Shown here one piece after another: positions 61,857 through 64,000 of a DNA stretch of 64,000 nt (position 1 is its first letter; every line of letters starts with the position of its first letter). Origin of the DNA: Phycisphaera sp. (lineage in GTDB: Bacteria > Planctomycetota > Phycisphaerae > Phycisphaerales > UBA1924); contig CP098402.1 in NCBI GenBank assembly GCA_025916675.1, positions 55,205 to 119,204 of the forward strand, given 5' to 3'. The position numbers and the translations under genes are program-made. A model generated the notes under the pieces. That model searched no databases, was not told the DNA's origin, and saw only the letters and a list, made by a program, of their open reading frames with translations.

Positions 61857-62804
61857 TTAGCCGCCGCCTCCGGGGTCGGCCGGGTCGCTGGAGACGATGC
61901 GGCCGCCGACGACCGCGCTCACGGGCTGCTGGCCGAAGCCGTCGATCGTGGAAATGCCGGTGTCGACGCCCATGGTGACGTAGCGGCGTCCCTCGACCAC
62001 AGCGCTGATGCGGCGCGTGGGCCAGTAGGTGTAGCCGACGATTCCGCGGTGCACGTAGTCGGGCGCCCGCACGATGATCGTGCCCTTGAAGTAGCGGATC
62101 GAGCCACGGGTGTTCTCGATCCAGTGATCGGGCTCGACCAGGTCTTGGATGAGGGTGAGGATCTCTTCGGCACGCTCCTCGATGGGCTGCTCCTCGGTTT
62201 CACCCCCGCCCTGATCCTGGAACGGGCTCTGCCCGCCGCCGCCCTGGCTGCTCTGGAGGGCCTGCTGGAGGTCAATCTGCGGAACCTCGGGATACTCGGG
62301 CAGCACCAACAGCAGGTCGTTGATGTCGTAGATCACGGTGCGGTTGAAGCGGTTCAGGCGGGTGGTGGGGCCGACCTGCATCTCGCCCCACTCGGTCATC
62401 TGCCAGTTGTTGCCGCTGCCGAAGGCGTCCTCGGCCTTGGTCAGCACGCGCTCGAGCACGGTGATCGCCGGCAGGTTCTCGACCTTCAGGCTGATGATCT
62501 GCTCGGGGTCGAGGCCCACGCCTGAGCGCTCGTCGAACCAGAAGATCTCGAGGTTGGCGCCGGTCTGATCGACGATGTAGTCCATGACGGCGCGGAGTGT
62601 CAGGTCCTGGAAGTCGGCGGTGATGGGCTTCATCATGCGCGACAGCGTGATGGCCTCGGGCTTGGCGCTTGTCCTGGTGTACTGCGCGGGGGCGCCGGCT
62701 TCGCCCGTAGCGGGGGTTGTCTGGGCGACCGCCGGGCCGGCCAGGAGCGCGGCCAAGCCGAGGGCGAGCGCGGGAGTGGTGCGGGACGAACTGGGGCGAC
62801 GCAT
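61857..62804 (-). CDS. Secreted hypothetical protein
   Basis: Start ATG 62804. Signal MRRPSSSRTTPALALGLAALLAGPAVAQ. N-terminal segment LTLRAVMDYIVDQTGANLEIFW is reminiscent of secretin/STN-type N domains. IYDINDLLLVLPEYPEVP motif. The upstream part of ORF 61857..63038 was rejected. Confidence 0.55.
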   Translation of the reverse strand: MRRPSSSRTTPALALGLAALLAGPAVAQTTPATGEAGAPAQYTRTSAKPEAITLSRMMKPITADFQDLTLRAVMDYIVDQTGANLEIFWFDERSGVGLDPEQIISLKVENLPAITVLERVLTKAEDAFGSGNNWQMTEWGEMQVGPTTRLNRFNRTVIYDINDLLLVLPEYPEVPQIDLQQALQSSQGGGGQSPFQDQGGGETEEQPIEERAEEILTLIQDLVEPDHWIENTRGSIRYFKGTIIVRAPDYVHRGIVGYTYWPTRRISAVVEGRRYVTMGVDTGISTIDGFGQQPVSAVVGGRIVSSDPADPGGGG

Positions 62805-63360
62805 GGCGGCCTCCTTTATCGGACGGTTGAACGGGTGGGATGCGGGCACCCGTTTGCCGGCTCGGTCGGGCCGCCACTCGTCGTGGGGCCCTTGGTTTCC
62901 TGCCCGGATGTCGGTGCGGCCGGGGGTGTGGCCGCTGGTCATCCTATCGGCGGCTCCGGGCCGCCGGTTGTGGGCTCCATCTGTGTACCGCTGAACCGGG
63001 CAGGCGTTGCAGGGTGGCGGGCGATGGTGTGCCGCCATGGGATTGGACGCCCGAGGCCCGTGGTTTGTTCCGTGATGGGTGGAAGTACGCCGATGCGAGC
63101 CGGACGGGGCGGCAAGCTACAGGCGGAAACTGCGCGTTCGGCGAAAAAAATCGGGATTACGCGGATCGGGCAAAGTCCCCGGCTTGGGGAGCCGAAACAA
63201 GGGGTGCCAGCCAGGGCAGGAGGCCGGCTGGCACGTTCATCACTTTGGGTTATTGAGACACGAGGTTGGGCCCCGATCGGGGTTGCGCGATGGTCGCGCG
63301 CTCTTGGGGGCTCGGTTGCCCGCCGGCGACGGTTGGCGCGACATAAGGAGAGTTGTTCGC

Positions 63361-64000
63361 ATGGACAGCCTGATCAACGGCGCCCCGAGCGCCACCCTGT
63401 TTGCCGGCTCCCTCGGCACCCCGTTCGTTTCGTCGTTTGCTTCTCCGTTCAGCAGCCCATTCAACAGCGCCGGTTTCGGCCAGATTGGAATCCCCATGTT
63501 CAACAACAGTTTTGGCCCGTTCTCGACCCCGTTCGCCGGCCAGTTTGGCGGCCCCATTGGTGGCACTTTTGGCAGCCCGATCGCGAGCCAGTTTGGCGGC
63601 CAGTTCGGTTCGCCCACCACGCCGTTCGCCAGTTCGCCCATCGGCGGCTTGGGCTTCGGCCAGCCGGCCTTTGGCCAGCCCATCTGGAACCAGGGCTTCA
63701 ACACCCCGTTCGGTGGCCAGTTCGGTTTTGCTGGCGGCCAGTTTGGTAGCCCCGTGACCAGCCAGTTCGGCTCGTTCGGTTCGCCGTTCGGGTCGACCGG
63801 CATCTCGCCGTTTGGCGGCCAGTTCAACACCCCGTTTGCCAGCAACTTCGGCGGCCTGCCGACTGGCTTGTCCACCGGCGATTGGTCGGCCCTCGGCGGT
63901 CGCTTCGGTTCGTTCTCGACGCCCTTCGGCTCGTCGTTCGGCACGCCCTTTGGCGGGCAGAGCTTCAACCAGTTCGGCCTGAGCCCCTGGGGCTTCAACG
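63361..64000 (+). CDS. Phe-Gly repeat low-complexity protein (5' partial; runs off the window)
   Basis: Not in the supplied ORF track because no stop is reached. ATG 63361 is preceded by AAGGAG 10 nt upstream. Frame 1 has near-uniform G/C third positions. Translates to MDSLINGAPSATLFAGSLGTPFVSSFASPFSSPFNSAGFGQIGIPMFNNSFGPFSTPFAGQFGGPIGGTFGSPIASQFGGQFGSP…, with about 20 FG dipeptides in 213 codons. Confidence 0.6.
   Translation, partial: MDSLINGAPSATLFAGSLGTPFVSSFASPFSSPFNSAGFGQIGIPMFNNSFGPFSTPFAGQFGGPIGGTFGSPIASQFGGQFGSPTTPFASSPIGGLGFGQPAFGQPIWNQGFNTPFGGQFGFAGGQFGSPVTSQFGSFGSPFGSTGISPFGGQFNTPFASNFGGLPTGLSTGDWSALGGRFGSFSTPFGSSFGTPFGGQSFNQFGLSPWGFN

Noticed and set aside
63160-63240. RNase P RNA-like fragment (…GGGCAAAGTCCCCGGC… and GGGGTGCCAGCC…).
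   Set aside because: It bears only a superficial resemblance to the GGAAAGUCCGG and GGGUGCCAGG motifs. The surrounding sequence lacks the other universally conserved regions and helices, so it is not callable.
62835-63998. Track ORFs 62835..63749(+), 63401..63757(+) and 63240..63998(-) over the FG-repeat region.
   Set aside because: None has G/C third-position bias or a ribosome-binding site. Frame 1 from ATG 63361 has both and gives a coherent repeat protein. The listed ORFs are alternative readings of the same repetitive DNA.

Overview
High-GC (about 65-70 % by hand-counted samples) bacterial chromosome segment, densely coding on both strands. The gene content looks Planctomycetota/Phycisphaerae-like: EF-hand/dockerin-like C-terminal modules ending in GC, PEP-CTERM-like anchors, FG-GAP repeat proteins and a DUF4175-like giant protein. 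This taxonomic placement is inference only. I support about 55 protein genes, one tRNA-Leu(GAG), several rho-independent terminators and three repeat structures. Housekeeping genes: ECF sigma factor, rpoZ-coaC, cheR, purC, comEA, mfd, an SDR, cysteine desulfurase, thiolase, groES/groEL, ftsH, rsmE, OsmC. Most of the very long ORFs in the supplied track are antisense or out-of-frame artefacts of the high GC content. Regions worth a second look: (1) a 12.5-kb neighbourhood (6.8-19.4 kb) coupling three SPFH/band-7 paralogs to an ABC ATPase, two insert-bearing ABC-2-type permeases and small paralogous membrane proteins. (2) An accessory stretch (33.7-44.7 kb) with three secreted proteins sharing a duplicated EF-hand/dockerin-like C-terminal module (haem peroxidase, DUF1028-FG-GAP protein, unknown protein). 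It also holds two low-GC inserts with orphan genes, one of them a 506-aa protein with an Rx4H helical core and an HTH-like tail. A RAYT gene flanked by inverted REP-like hairpins and a decaying 42-bp tandem repeat complete this stretch. (3) A small conserved-looking ORF plus a 24-bp-arm inverted repeat wedged between groES and groEL. (4) A PD-(D/E)XK GxxExxY-family protein fused to an RGG-rich head and a poly-acidic tail. (5) A gene missing from the ORF track because it runs off the window end (63361->64000). It encodes an almost uncharged Phe-Gly repeat protein reminiscent of FG-nucleoporin domains. No CRISPR array, rRNA, integrase or recognisable prophage was seen. All family assignments come from motif recognition by eye and need profile searches.
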